Of a DNA stretch of 58,092 nucleotides, positions 20,071-28,656 are shown piece after piece (within the stretch, counting starts at the first letter, position 1; each line of letters begins with the position of its first letter). The stretch is from an uncultured Candidatus Actinomarina sp. (GTDB taxonomy: Bacteria > Actinomycetota > Acidimicrobiia > Actinomarinales > Actinomarinaceae), in NCBI GenBank assembly GCA_902510995.1, contig CABXDL010000005.1, positions 1 to 58,092 on the forward strand. The letters are read 5' to 3'. The position numbers and the translations under genes were made by a program. Under the pieces are notes generated by a model. That model was given only the letters and a program-made list of their open reading frames with translations. It was not told the origin of the DNA and did not search any database.

Positions 20071-21342
20071 TTAAGTAGTTGTTTTTTTCAGCAATTTAAG
20101 GATATTTAAAGGCAATAAAATCTTAACTACTAATAAAAACACCTCTTTTATTGTTAAGTTTGCTTCATCAAAAAGAAGCTCTACGACAAAATCAATTGTA
20201 TGTTGATTTAGTGAAGCTATTGCAAGAAGTCTCTTTGTCATAAAAGGACTCTGAAATACTACCCTTGCTAAAGAGCAACTTAAAAAGTGCTTCCCGAATC
20301 TTTTATTAAAGACCTTTTCATATTTATTAATGCCGGAATTGATTACTGAGGTATCTTCATTAATTAAATGATGTGTCTCCTTGGCAAGTAAATATCCTGC
20401 CTCCATTCCGTAAAATATACCCTCTCCGCTCATTGGATTAATCATTGAACCTGCATCTCCTATTAAAGCGACTCGATCATGCGCTAACTTAGGTCTTGAA
20501 GATGCAAAAGGCAAGATAAAACTTTTTTCCATCCTAAGATTATCAACGGTAACACCTCTCCCATTAAGGGTTTTTATAAAATCTTCTAACAGACAATTTA
20601 TATCCATCTTTTCTTTTTTAAACAAACTAAGTGGAACTCCTATTCCTATATTTACTAAATCACCATTACTTGGAAATGCCCATGCGTACCCTTTTATTGC
20701 TGAAACATTAATTTCAAACATGAGTGTTCTCTCTTTAAATATTTCAACATAATTAGGACTGTCTATATAAGCTCTAATTGCTATTGCTTTATTCCAATCA
20801 CTATTCTGATTCAAATTTAAACTTTTTCTTACTCTTGAGTTAGCACCATCAGCTCCTACCAAAAGTTTTGTTTCAATTAATAATTGCTCTTTATTTTTAT
20901 TTTCTATCTCAACTAATAAAGAGCGACCGTTATTTATAAATTTGCTATATCTGTATCCTTCAAAAGCATGAGCGCCAGCCTGTTTAGCTAAATTAAATAT
21001 CCTATTATCTAAATCCAGTCTTGGTATCACATAAACTATTGAGTCTTCTTTATTTTTTACCTTTGGTATGTAATTATGTATTCCAATATTTTTTGGTCCA
21101 AAAAGTGTAGTTGAAATGACTTTGGGTTCGCCCTCAAGAATATGGTCATTCCCAAATCTTTTTAATGCATTTATTACACCGGGACCAATTGCATCACCGC
21201 AAGATTTATCTCTAGGAAAGAACTCTTTATCTATAACTGCAACTCTTAGGTCCGGGTTTAATTTTTTATAGGAAATGGCAGCATTCGAACCTGAGGGACC
21301 ACCACCAATAATAACTACATCAAAAAACTCTTTATTTTTCAT
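20071..21342 (-). CDS. geranylgeranyl reductase family FAD-dependent oxidoreductase (MenJ-like)
   Basis: N-terminal dinucleotide-binding motif VVIIGGGPSGS. Also GADGANSRVR and GDAGSMINPMSGEGI, typical of the GGR/FixC family. Confidence 0.8.
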   Translation of the reverse strand: MKNKEFFDVVIIGGGPSGSNAAISYKKLNPDLRVAVIDKEFFPRDKSCGDAIGPGVINALKRFGNDHILEGEPKVISTTLFGPKNIGIHNYIPKVKNKEDSIVYVIPRLDLDNRIFNLAKQAGAHAFEGYRYSKFINNGRSLLVEIENKNKEQLLIETKLLVGADGANSRVRKSLNLNQNSDWNKAIAIRAYIDSPNYVEIFKERTLMFEINVSAIKGYAWAFPSNGDLVNIGIGVPLSLFKKEKMDINCLLEDFIKTLNGRGVTVDNLRMEKSFILPFASSRPKLAHDRVALIGDAGSMINPMSGEGIFYGMEAGYLLAKETHHLINEDTSVINSGINKYEKVFNKRFGKHFLSCSLARVVFQSPFMTKRLLAIASLNQHTIDFVVELLFDEANLTIKEVFLLVVKILLPLNILKLLKKTTT

Positions 21343-21452
21343 TTTGATATTCCCAAATTAACCTAGTCGTGATTAAAAGATAAATTAAAGATAAAGAGAA
21401 AATTACTTTTTCAATTTAGTTTAATTTTATTACTTTATTAGATTGTGCATTA

Positions 21453-22091
21453 GTGAAAAATAATATACCGCCAGCAACAGTTCAGAGATTGCCTTTATAC
21501 CTACAGTGCTTAGAGCAAGTAGATATTAACTCAGTTGGCATCTCTTCGAAAAAAATAGCTGAAATTGCAAAAGTTAATGACGCTCAAGTTAGAAGAGACT
21601 TATCATATCTTGGGACTCTAGGTACAAGGGGTGTTGGGTATGATATCTTAACTCTTAGAAAACAACTTGAACTAGAACTTGGTTTGGTTGATGGCTTAAG
21701 CGCTATAATTATAGGAATAGGTAATCTCGGTTCAGCTTTAGCTGAGTATGGGGGCTTTAAAGAAAAAGGGTTCAAAATAGTTGGCCTTTTTGACTCAGAT
21801 TCAAATAAACTAAATAAGCAAATTGGTAATTTAGCTGTTAAGCCTTTATCAGAAATTAAAGATACTTGCGAAAAATATAATGTTGCTATTGGAATCATTG
21901 CAACTCCAGAAAAAGTAGCAGAAGAAATAGCAGACAAATTAATAGACTGTGGAATAAAATCAATTTTAAATTTTGCTCCAGTTATGTTGAAAAATAAACC
22001 TGGAATACAAATTAGATCTGTTGATTTATCACAAGAATTACAAATATTAAGTTACTATTTGGATAGACAACCATTAAAAGTTGCTAAGTAA
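21453..22091 (+). CDS. rex: redox-sensing transcriptional repressor Rex
   Basis: N-terminal winged helix (ATVQRLPLYLQCL) and a Rossmann domain (IIGIGNLGSALA). GTG start with no obvious SD. Confidence 0.92.
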   Translation: MKNNIPPATVQRLPLYLQCLEQVDINSVGISSKKIAEIAKVNDAQVRRDLSYLGTLGTRGVGYDILTLRKQLELELGLVDGLSAIIIGIGNLGSALAEYGGFKEKGFKIVGLFDSDSNKLNKQIGNLAVKPLSEIKDTCEKYNVAIGIIATPEKVAEEIADKLIDCGIKSILNFAPVMLKNKPGIQIRSVDLSQELQILSYYLDRQPLKVAK

Positions 22092-23378
22092 CTATTTTCT
22101 TTGAAAATAACCACCAATTAATGCTCTAAAAATAAGAGAAATTACTAATGAGAACCAAATAATATTTATCGTTCCATAATTTGTTATTAATAAAAATAGA
22201 ACTGTCGCTCCTATTATTGATGAAATTATTGTTGTATAAGCAAACTCTTTATTTTTATCAAGTCCTAGTAAAACACCATCCCAAAGAAAAGCATAACTAC
22301 CAAAGAACAAGGTAAGAGAAAAAAGAATTGGTAAATAATTATTTTTCAATTGTATGAAAACTTGATTTGAAATTAATTCTGTCAGGAATTCAATACTTAA
22401 ATAACTAATAACTGTAATTATTAGTGAAAATACTGTTGTTATTTTTAGCAAAGCCTTATATAGGTCTGAACCAAGATACTTTTTACCTTTTGAAATATGT
22501 TCAGAAACAAGCGTCTGTGAAGCTATGGCTAATGCATCTATAAAGTTATATCCAAAAGTCCATATTTGATTCAAAACATGATGTAACGCAATATCATTCA
22601 TTGATAGTCTTGATGCTTGATTGCTTAAGAGTGCCATAAATCCCGTTAAGAAAGCTGAACGAAGAACTATTGTTGCCCCAACAGAAAAGAATTTTTTTCT
22701 TAGGTTTTTTTCATTTATATTATCTTTAGTCGTAGAAAATTCGTTCATTTTTTTTTGTTGTATATTATTGGCATAAATAGATGCAATAAAAAAAGAGATG
22801 CTACTTGCTAGACCGATACCAAGAACTCCAAGTCCAAGTACAATCCCAAGGAAATAGCTTAAAACAATATTTGTTAAAGTAACAATTATTGAGCTTTGAA
22901 AAGTAATTTTTGGATACCTTAGTCCCCTTAACACAGCTGTAGAATGCATATTTAATAAATAGAATGGAATTCCTATAGCTCTTACTATTAAGTAGGTAGA
23001 AGCTATTTTTCTTATATCGTCTGTTGGATTAAAAAGGCTTATAAAAAAATCATTAAAGAAGTAAATAACAATAAAGACTATGGAACCAAGGAGTATTGAT
23101 ATTTTCCTTCCAAATGATATAAAGTATTTTAGATTATTAAGCTCATTATTTGTTTTAAGTTTTGCTACTAAAGGTGTTGTCCCATATGCCAAAAAGACAA
23201 AAATCCAAGTAAACACAAAATAAATAGTTGTCCCAATACCTACAGAAGAAAGAGTATCTATTCCTATTATTCCTGCAATTCTTGAATCTACTAATCCTGC
23301 TAAAGGTTCTGTCATTAGCCAAATCAGGATAGGATAGGAATTTATCCATATATCTTTATTAATTGATTTATTACTCAC
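22092..23378 (-). CDS. MATE family efflux transporter
   Basis: 428 aa with about 12 TM segments. The N-terminal WPILIWLMTEPLAGLVDSRIAG is typical of MATE/DinF proteins. Its stop abuts the rex stop with a 0-nt gap. Confidence 0.8.
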   Translation of the reverse strand: MSNKSINKDIWINSYPILIWLMTEPLAGLVDSRIAGIIGIDTLSSVGIGTTIYFVFTWIFVFLAYGTTPLVAKLKTNNELNNLKYFISFGRKISILLGSIVFIVIYFFNDFFISLFNPTDDIRKIASTYLIVRAIGIPFYLLNMHSTAVLRGLRYPKITFQSSIIVTLTNIVLSYFLGIVLGLGVLGIGLASSISFFIASIYANNIQQKKMNEFSTTKDNINEKNLRKKFFSVGATIVLRSAFLTGFMALLSNQASRLSMNDIALHHVLNQIWTFGYNFIDALAIASQTLVSEHISKGKKYLGSDLYKALLKITTVFSLIITVISYLSIEFLTELISNQVFIQLKNNYLPILFSLTLFFGSYAFLWDGVLLGLDKNKEFAYTTIISSIIGATVLFLLITNYGTINIIWFSLVISLIFRALIGGYFQRK

Positions 23379-23667
23379 TAATGTCCTTAGCTTTTTGCAT
23401 TCCCCATTCCATTATTAGTTGATGGGCTTTCTCACCAAAATGAGCGGGGGTAAAAGCAAAACTTTGATTAAATTCTTCTTGAAGAAATTCATTTACTATC
23501 TGAGTAGGTGTTCTTGATTGATCACTGCTTGGTTTCATGAGTTCTTTATACAGTATATCTTCTAACATTTTTTCATTTTCTTTTCCTAATAAGTATTCGC
23601 TAGTTTGAAATCTTAAATTTATACCACTTATAATCTCTTTGATTAAACCTTCTATGGAAATATTCAT
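23371..23667 (-). CDS. hypothetical soluble protein (98 aa)
   Basis: I recognise no motif. Coding is supported by its overlaps with both neighbours (4 nt upstream, 8 nt downstream) inside a same-strand operon. Confidence 0.55.
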   Translation of the reverse strand: MNISIEGLIKEIISGINLRFQTSEYLLGKENEKMLEDILYKELMKPSSDQSRTPTQIVNEFLQEEFNQSFAFTPAHFGEKAHQLIMEWGMQKAKDISE

Positions 23668-24686
23668 TTGCTAAATATTTGAACGATTATCAGGCCTGTT
23701 GGGCCTGAGATGATTCCTATTCCAACTCTATTAAATTCATTATCTAATATTGTATTTCTATGAGATTCTGAATTCATTAATTCTTCATGACCGGTATATA
23801 TCGTTGATGCAATAGCTAAATTCTCACTTACCTCTTGTATATTTTTACCTCTGAATCCTACTTCTCTTAGCCTATCTGTCGCATAGTATCCGTTATTAGG
23901 ATCTTGGTGACACCAAAATCCCTCTAAGTACATTTTTAATGCATAATTTTTAGCCACATTAGAATATTCTTGCATGAACGACACCGGATCTATGCTCTCA
24001 TTTATCCTCTCTAAGTTAATAAGATCAAACATTTTTAAAGCTTCTTCGTCTTTAGATAATAATTTAGATAATGGCTCTTCGGGTATTTCTAAACATCCGT
24101 ATTCATCAACTACAACAGAGGAGTTTCCTGTAAGTTTTTTTATTCTATTTGTAACTTTTAATAAATCTGTACCGGCTATTATTTCTAAACTTTGTTGAGG
24201 AATGCCATCTGGTTCAATATAGAAAGAAACAAGACTTGACCTTTCTATATTTTCTTGAATAAAATTTGGTAACGTAAATAAAGAAACTAATGAAATAATT
24301 AAAGTAAGTATCAAGTTACTTAAAATTAAAGAAAGCAAACTACCTAGTGCTTTACTTCCAAATTCTGTAACAGTATCCGTTGGGATTATTATGTTTTGAA
24401 TTAATGAACTAGCAGTAATAGCGGCAACAAATATTATTAATCCAGCAAAAATCTGTGAAACTTGTTGGTTAGAGTTCAACCAACCACTGATATAAACTCC
24501 AATTAAAAATGAATATTTAAAACTAAGGAAAATAGAAACTAAAAAAGAGACAATATAAAAGATTATTAATGATGACCCTTTTCTCCACCCATAAATAATT
24601 ACATATATGATAAAAATGTAAATAAAGATATCAATATAATCCTGATTATTTAGGAAAATAAGCGCATTTTCAAGTATTTCTTTCAT
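23664..24686 (-). CDS. CvpA-family membrane domain fused to an extracytoplasmic CAP/SCP (YkwD-like) domain
   Basis: The N-terminal ~130 aa carry 4 TM segments of CvpA type (IDIFIYIFIIYVIIYGWRKG). The C-terminal region (ALKMFDLINLERI...YALKMYLEGFWCHQDP...GHEELMNSESHRNTILDNEFNRVGIGI) resembles a CAP/YkwD domain. Confidence 0.7.
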   Translation of the reverse strand: MKEILENALIFLNNQDYIDIFIYIFIIYVIIYGWRKGSSLIIFYIVSFLVSIFLSFKYSFLIGVYISGWLNSNQQVSQIFAGLIIFVAAITASSLIQNIIIPTDTVTEFGSKALGSLLSLILSNLILTLIISLVSLFTLPNFIQENIERSSLVSFYIEPDGIPQQSLEIIAGTDLLKVTNRIKKLTGNSSVVVDEYGCLEIPEEPLSKLLSKDEEALKMFDLINLERINESIDPVSFMQEYSNVAKNYALKMYLEGFWCHQDPNNGYYATDRLREVGFRGKNIQEVSENLAIASTIYTGHEELMNSESHRNTILDNEFNRVGIGIISGPTGLIIVQIFSK

Positions 24687-24746
24687 AACTATATTTTTTT
24701 TTATTCGCTATTGAAGAGTACTAAAATGACGCTATTGTTGTAATAC

Positions 24747-24771
24747 TTCCTACAAATTATGTAGGAATTTT
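24747..24771. promoter_or_regulatory. perfect 8+8 inverted repeat followed by a T-run in the leader/promoter of the solute-binding-protein gene
   Basis: TTCCTACA (24747-24754), AATTA, TGTAGGAA (24760-24767), TTTT. It ends 27 nt before the ATG at 24799. It could be an operator or a leader hairpin. Confidence 0.35.
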
Positions 24772-24798
24772 TAATTTCAGTGACTGAAAGGAAATTAT

Positions 24799-26085
24799 AT
24801 GAAGAATCGCAAAGCTTTGGCTTTGATTGCGATTTTAGCATTAGTCGCTGCGGCTTGTGGTGGTACAGCTGATGTGGTTGAGGAAGAAGTAGTTGAAACT
24901 ACTGAAGCTCCTGCAACTACTGCGGCACCAACTACAACTGCCGCTCCTGCTGCTGATCCACTAGTCTTGGCATCACTTATGCCACTATCTGGTGACTTAG
25001 CATCCCTAGGACCTGGTATTGCACTAGGAGCCGCTCTTGCTATTGAGCAAATCAATGCTGCTGGCGGTATAAATGGTCAACCAGTCGTCCTTATTGAAGG
25101 CGACAGTGGTTGTGATGGAGCTGTTGCATTAACAAGTTTAAATGATGTTGTTGCACAAGGAGCTCAAGGTGTTATGGGTGCTGCATGCAGTGGTACTTCA
25201 CTAGCAATTCTTGACACAGCTATAGCTGCGGAAGTAGTTATGGTATCTCCGTCAAATACAAGTCCTCAATTTACCAAATTGGATACAAAAGGATTTTATG
25301 CAAGAACTGCACCATCAGATCTTCTTCAAGGGGGAGTGTTAGCTTCTCTTCTTATAGAAGATGGGATAACTACAATTTCAATAATTTCAAGAGCAGACTC
25401 TTATGGTAGAGGTCTTGCTGAAGCTACTGCTGCAAATTTTGAAGCAGCTGGTGGAACAGTAAAGACAATTGTTTACCATGCGGTTGATGCTACAGAATTC
25501 GCTTCTGAAGTAACAGCTGTTGGTAAGGGTTCTCCTGAAGCTATTGTAGGAATATTATTCCCAGAAACTGGTTGTGGTGTTCTTCAACCTGCATACGAAC
25601 AAGGTCTTCTTGACATACCGTGGTATATGACTGACGGTGTTAAAGATGCTGGACTTAATTCAGCATGTGGTCTTGGAAATGCTCTAGACGGTATGAAAGG
25701 TACAGCTCCCGGCTCAGCTGCTGGTGCTGCAAAAGATGCTTTCGAAGCAGCCTACGCACAAGTTAGTGCGGATGGTTCGCCTACATTCATCTTTGCGCCA
25801 CAAGCTTATGATGCTGTCATGTTAATGGCAATATCAGCTGCTGCTAATGGTGTAACTGGACCCGCAATAGCTGCTGGATTAGTTGAAGCATCTTCAGGCG
25901 GTACAAAATGTATCGGTGCTGAATGTGTAACTTTAGCTGCTGCAGGTGAGGATGTGGACTATGTCGGTGCATCTGGAGAAGTCGAGTTAGACGAATCTGG
26001 TGACCCAACTGCATCTACTTATGATATTTGGACTACAGAGGGTGATACAAACCCAGTTCTTAAATCAGTAGATTTTGGTTCATAA
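24799..26085 (+). CDS. ABC transporter substrate-binding lipoprotein, branched-chain/hydrophobic amino-acid (LivK/PBP1) family
   Basis: Signal peptide with lipobox (LVAAAC), then a Thr/Ala/Pro-rich linker and a type-1 periplasmic binding fold (PLSGDLASLG ... GAACSG). SD AAAGGAA upstream. Convergent with livHMGF. Confidence 0.88.
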   Translation: MKNRKALALIAILALVAAACGGTADVVEEEVVETTEAPATTAAPTTTAAPAADPLVLASLMPLSGDLASLGPGIALGAALAIEQINAAGGINGQPVVLIEGDSGCDGAVALTSLNDVVAQGAQGVMGAACSGTSLAILDTAIAAEVVMVSPSNTSPQFTKLDTKGFYARTAPSDLLQGGVLASLLIEDGITTISIISRADSYGRGLAEATAANFEAAGGTVKTIVYHAVDATEFASEVTAVGKGSPEAIVGILFPETGCGVLQPAYEQGLLDIPWYMTDGVKDAGLNSACGLGNALDGMKGTAPGSAAGAAKDAFEAAYAQVSADGSPTFIFAPQAYDAVMLMAISAAANGVTGPAIAAGLVEASSGGTKCIGAECVTLAAAGEDVDYVGASGEVELDESGDPTASTYDIWTTEGDTNPVLKSVDFGS

Positions 26086-26100
26086 TTCTTATAAAGAATT

Positions 26101-26133
26101 AAAAAAAGGCCTGTTTTTACAGGCCTTTTTTTT
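26101..26133. terminator. bidirectional intrinsic terminator
   Basis: A7, GGCCTGT (26108-26114), TTTT, ACAGGCC (26119-25), T8. It sits between the convergent solute-binding-protein gene and livF, and its T-run overlaps the livF stop. Confidence 0.85.
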
Positions 26134-26848
26134 ATAGTTTTCCTAAATATAAATCTACAACCCTTGGGTCGTTTAAGAGTTCTGCTCCATCTCCTTGGTA
26201 AGCGTTTCTACCTTGATCTAAAACATAACCTCTATTACTAAATTTCAATGCTCTTTTCGCATTTTGTTCAACTAGCAAGATGGATACACCTGTATCATTA
26301 ATCTCTTTGATGCTTTCAAACACTTCATTTATTGCAACTGGTGAAAGTCCTGCTGAAGGTTCATCTAACAAAAGCAAGTTGGGTGATGTTACTAAAGCTC
26401 TTGCTAATGCAAGTATTTGTCTTTGACCTCCTGATAAATTTCCAGCTTTTTCCTTCCTTCTCTCACTTAGAAGAGGAAAATCTTGAAGTACCTTTGAAAT
26501 GCTGCTTTTTCTATTTTTAGCTAAGGACCAAGCCCCAATTTCTAAATTTTCTTCTATTGTCAAAGATGGAAATACATTTTCAACTTGTGGTACATAACCT
26601 ATACCCTCGTGAACAATTCTATGAGTTGAAAGATTCGTTCTTTCAGAACCATTTATAAAAAACCTTCCAGCAGATATATTTATCAAACCCATTATTGCTT
26701 TTAGTAATGTAGATTTACCTGCACCATTTGGGCCTATTATTGATACAATTTCTCCCTCTGAAACAACCAAATCGACGCCTTGTAAAATGTTCAATCCTTT
26801 AACATAACCAGCTGCAATAGCGTTGCATTCCAATATTGGTTTATTCAT
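26132..26848 (-). CDS. livF: branched-chain amino acid ABC transporter ATP-binding protein LivF
   Basis: GPNGAGKSTLLK, LSGGQRQILALARAL, LLLLDEPS. Confidence 0.9.
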   Translation of the reverse strand: MNKPILECNAIAAGYVKGLNILQGVDLVVSEGEIVSIIGPNGAGKSTLLKAIMGLINISAGRFFINGSERTNLSTHRIVHEGIGYVPQVENVFPSLTIEENLEIGAWSLAKNRKSSISKVLQDFPLLSERRKEKAGNLSGGQRQILALARALVTSPNLLLLDEPSAGLSPVAINEVFESIKEINDTGVSILLVEQNAKRALKFSNRGYVLDQGRNAYQGDGAELLNDPRVVDLYLGKL

Positions 26849-27611
26849 CGCCAGTTCCTAGATAAGCTTCAATTACTTTTTGATTTTCTCTAACTTCTTG
26901 AGGTGCTCCATCAGCTATTAAAGCTCCCTCTGCTAAGACAACTACTCTTTCAGAAATTTTCATTACTGCTTCAATGTTATGTTCAACCATCAAAATCGTA
27001 ATTCCCTGATTCGATAAGTTTTGTATTATTTCAAGCAAGTCTTCAGCTAATTTTGGATTCACTCCAGCCAAAGGTTCGTCTAATAAAAGAACATCCGGCT
27101 TTTTGATAATGGACCTTCCTAGCTCTAATAATTTCTTCTGGCCACCAGAAAGTTCTCTAGCATACGAACTAGACATTTGTTCTATATTTAAATCCTTCAT
27201 TACATTAATGGCTTCTTCTTGTAGCAGCTCTTCATACTTTTTTTGTTTTGATAACTTCATGATTGATTGAAGTAAAGAGTCATTTGAAATACTGGACCCA
27301 GCAAACATTAAGTTCTCTAAAACAGTCATCCTATCAAATACTTTTGTCAATTGAAAAGTTCTTACCATACCTAATCTTGCAATTTTATAAGGTTGGCTTT
27401 TTGTAATATTCTTATCTTTATAGAATATTTCTCCATTATCTTCTTCTTGAAATCCAGAAATTAAATCAAACAGAGTTGTTTTCCCAGCTCCATTAGGTCC
27501 TATTATTGAAGTTAATTCATTACTTTTAAAATTTAAATCATCAATATCTACAGCTTTTAGACCTCCAAAGCTCTTTTTTAAATTATTTACTCTTATTAAA
27601 CTATTTGACAT
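26841..27611 (-). CDS. livG: branched-chain amino acid ABC transporter ATP-binding protein LivG
   Basis: GPNGAGKTTLFD, LSGGQKKLLELGR, LLLDEP, and the C-terminal VIEAYLG tail typical of LivG. Confidence 0.9.
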   Translation of the reverse strand: MSNSLIRVNNLKKSFGGLKAVDIDDLNFKSNELTSIIGPNGAGKTTLFDLISGFQEEDNGEIFYKDKNITKSQPYKIARLGMVRTFQLTKVFDRMTVLENLMFAGSSISNDSLLQSIMKLSKQKKYEELLQEEAINVMKDLNIEQMSSSYARELSGGQKKLLELGRSIIKKPDVLLLDEPLAGVNPKLAEDLLEIIQNLSNQGITILMVEHNIEAVMKISERVVVLAEGALIADGAPQEVRENQKVIEAYLGTGDE

Positions 27612-28656
27612 TTAAAAGCAACTCTTCTTTCTTTCCTAATAAACCGCTGGGTCTAAATATCATAAGGATCATTATTAGCAAACCTACTAAAACAAATCTG
27701 ACTCCAGCTAGTTGTTGACCGTTTGCATTTTCAAATATTAATGAAGCTAATTTATCAGTTTCAGAAATAATTACCCAGAATATAATTGATCCAAAAATTG
27801 GTCCACTTAAACTACCTACTCCACCGAGAATCATAATTGCCCAAACATAAAATGTTAACAACGGTACAAATGTTGTAGTTTGTAAAGAACCGTAATTAAA
27901 AGCTAAAAAAACTCCTGCCAATCCTGCGATTCCAGCTCCTAACATAAAGCTCTGTAGTTTAAGCCATACTGCATTCTTTCCTAAAGCACGCACAGCATCT
28001 TCATCTTCTCTTACTGCTCTTAATGCTCTACCCCATGGCGAATTGGTTAGTCTTCTTAAGATAAGCAATACAAATAATATAGAGATCCAAGATAATAAAC
28101 CTACCCAAATCTGTGATGGATTTAGCTCATAATTTGAAACAAAATTCTCTAAAAAAATGGGCCTGTATTTCTGAAGGGAATCTGAAAAATTAATTATTCC
28201 ATAGACCCCACCTGTTATTGATTCCAGATCTCTTACTAAAAGTCTAAAAATCTCAGCTGCTGCAATTGTGACTATTGCTAAGTAGTCTCCCCTAAGCCTT
28301 ATAGCTGGTAACCCAAGAAGCAAACCAAATAAAGAAGCTGCAATTACTCCAATAAAGACAGCAAGAAGGAATGGAAGTCCTGATTCTGTTATTTCCCCTT
28401 CTCTACCAGCAGCATGTGGTATTAACAATAATGTAACATAGGCACCAACACCCATAAATGAAGCATGGCCAAAATTTAATAAGCCAGTTAATCCAAAATG
28501 AACATTTAATCCAATTGCAGCAAGTCCATATATTCCAGCAAATGTTAGAAGATTAAATAGTATTCTTAATGGCCCTTCATCATTTAGAGCAAATACTAAA
28601 TATATTGAAAAAATAGTAATCAATATAGTTACTAACCATTTAATAGATAACTTCAT
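27601..28656 (-). CDS. livM: branched-chain amino acid ABC transporter permease LivM
   Basis: 351 aa, polytopic, with a LivM-like motif (RLRGDYLAIVTIAAAEI). Confidence 0.88.
   Translation of the reverse strand: MKLSIKWLVTILITIFSIYLVFALNDEGPLRILFNLLTFAGIYGLAAIGLNVHFGLTGLLNFGHASFMGVGAYVTLLLIPHAAGREGEITESGLPFLLAVFIGVIAASLFGLLLGLPAIRLRGDYLAIVTIAAAEIFRLLVRDLESITGGVYGIINFSDSLQKYRPIFLENFVSNYELNPSQIWVGLLSWISILFVLLILRRLTNSPWGRALRAVREDEDAVRALGKNAVWLKLQSFMLGAGIAGLAGVFLAFNYGSLQTTTFVPLLTFYVWAIMILGGVGSLSGPIFGSIIFWVIISETDKLASLIFENANGQQLAGVRFVLVGLLIMILMIFRPSGLLGKKEELLLNVK

Noticed and set aside
20059-20076. Second TTGTGAA half-site (TTGTGAAGAGATTAAGTA) upstream of the perfect Rex operator.
   Set aside because: The right half matches TTCACAA at only 4/7 positions, and the site overlaps the stop region of the upstream gene. 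It could at most be an auxiliary half-site.
20042-20079. 8-bp inverted repeat ACTACTTA ... TAAGTAGT around the stop of the geranylgeranyl-reductase-like gene, considered as a terminator.
   Set aside because: The loop is 22 nt, the stem is almost entirely A/U, and no U-run follows on the transcribed (minus) strand. It is not a credible intrinsic terminator.
21443-21460. Rex-operator-like sequence TTGTGCATTAGTGAAAAA spanning the rex GTG start, which would imply autoregulation.
   Set aside because: Only the left half-site is good (6/7). The right half matches 4/7 and is not palindromic. That is too weak to call without binding data.
24795-25055. 86-aa minus-strand ORF overlapping the 5' end of the solute-binding-protein gene.
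   Set aside because: It is a by-product of the locally GC/Ala-rich sense sequence, since GCN codons read as Ala/Ser/Gly-rich antisense. The + strand gene has a signal peptide, lipobox, SD and clear family similarity.
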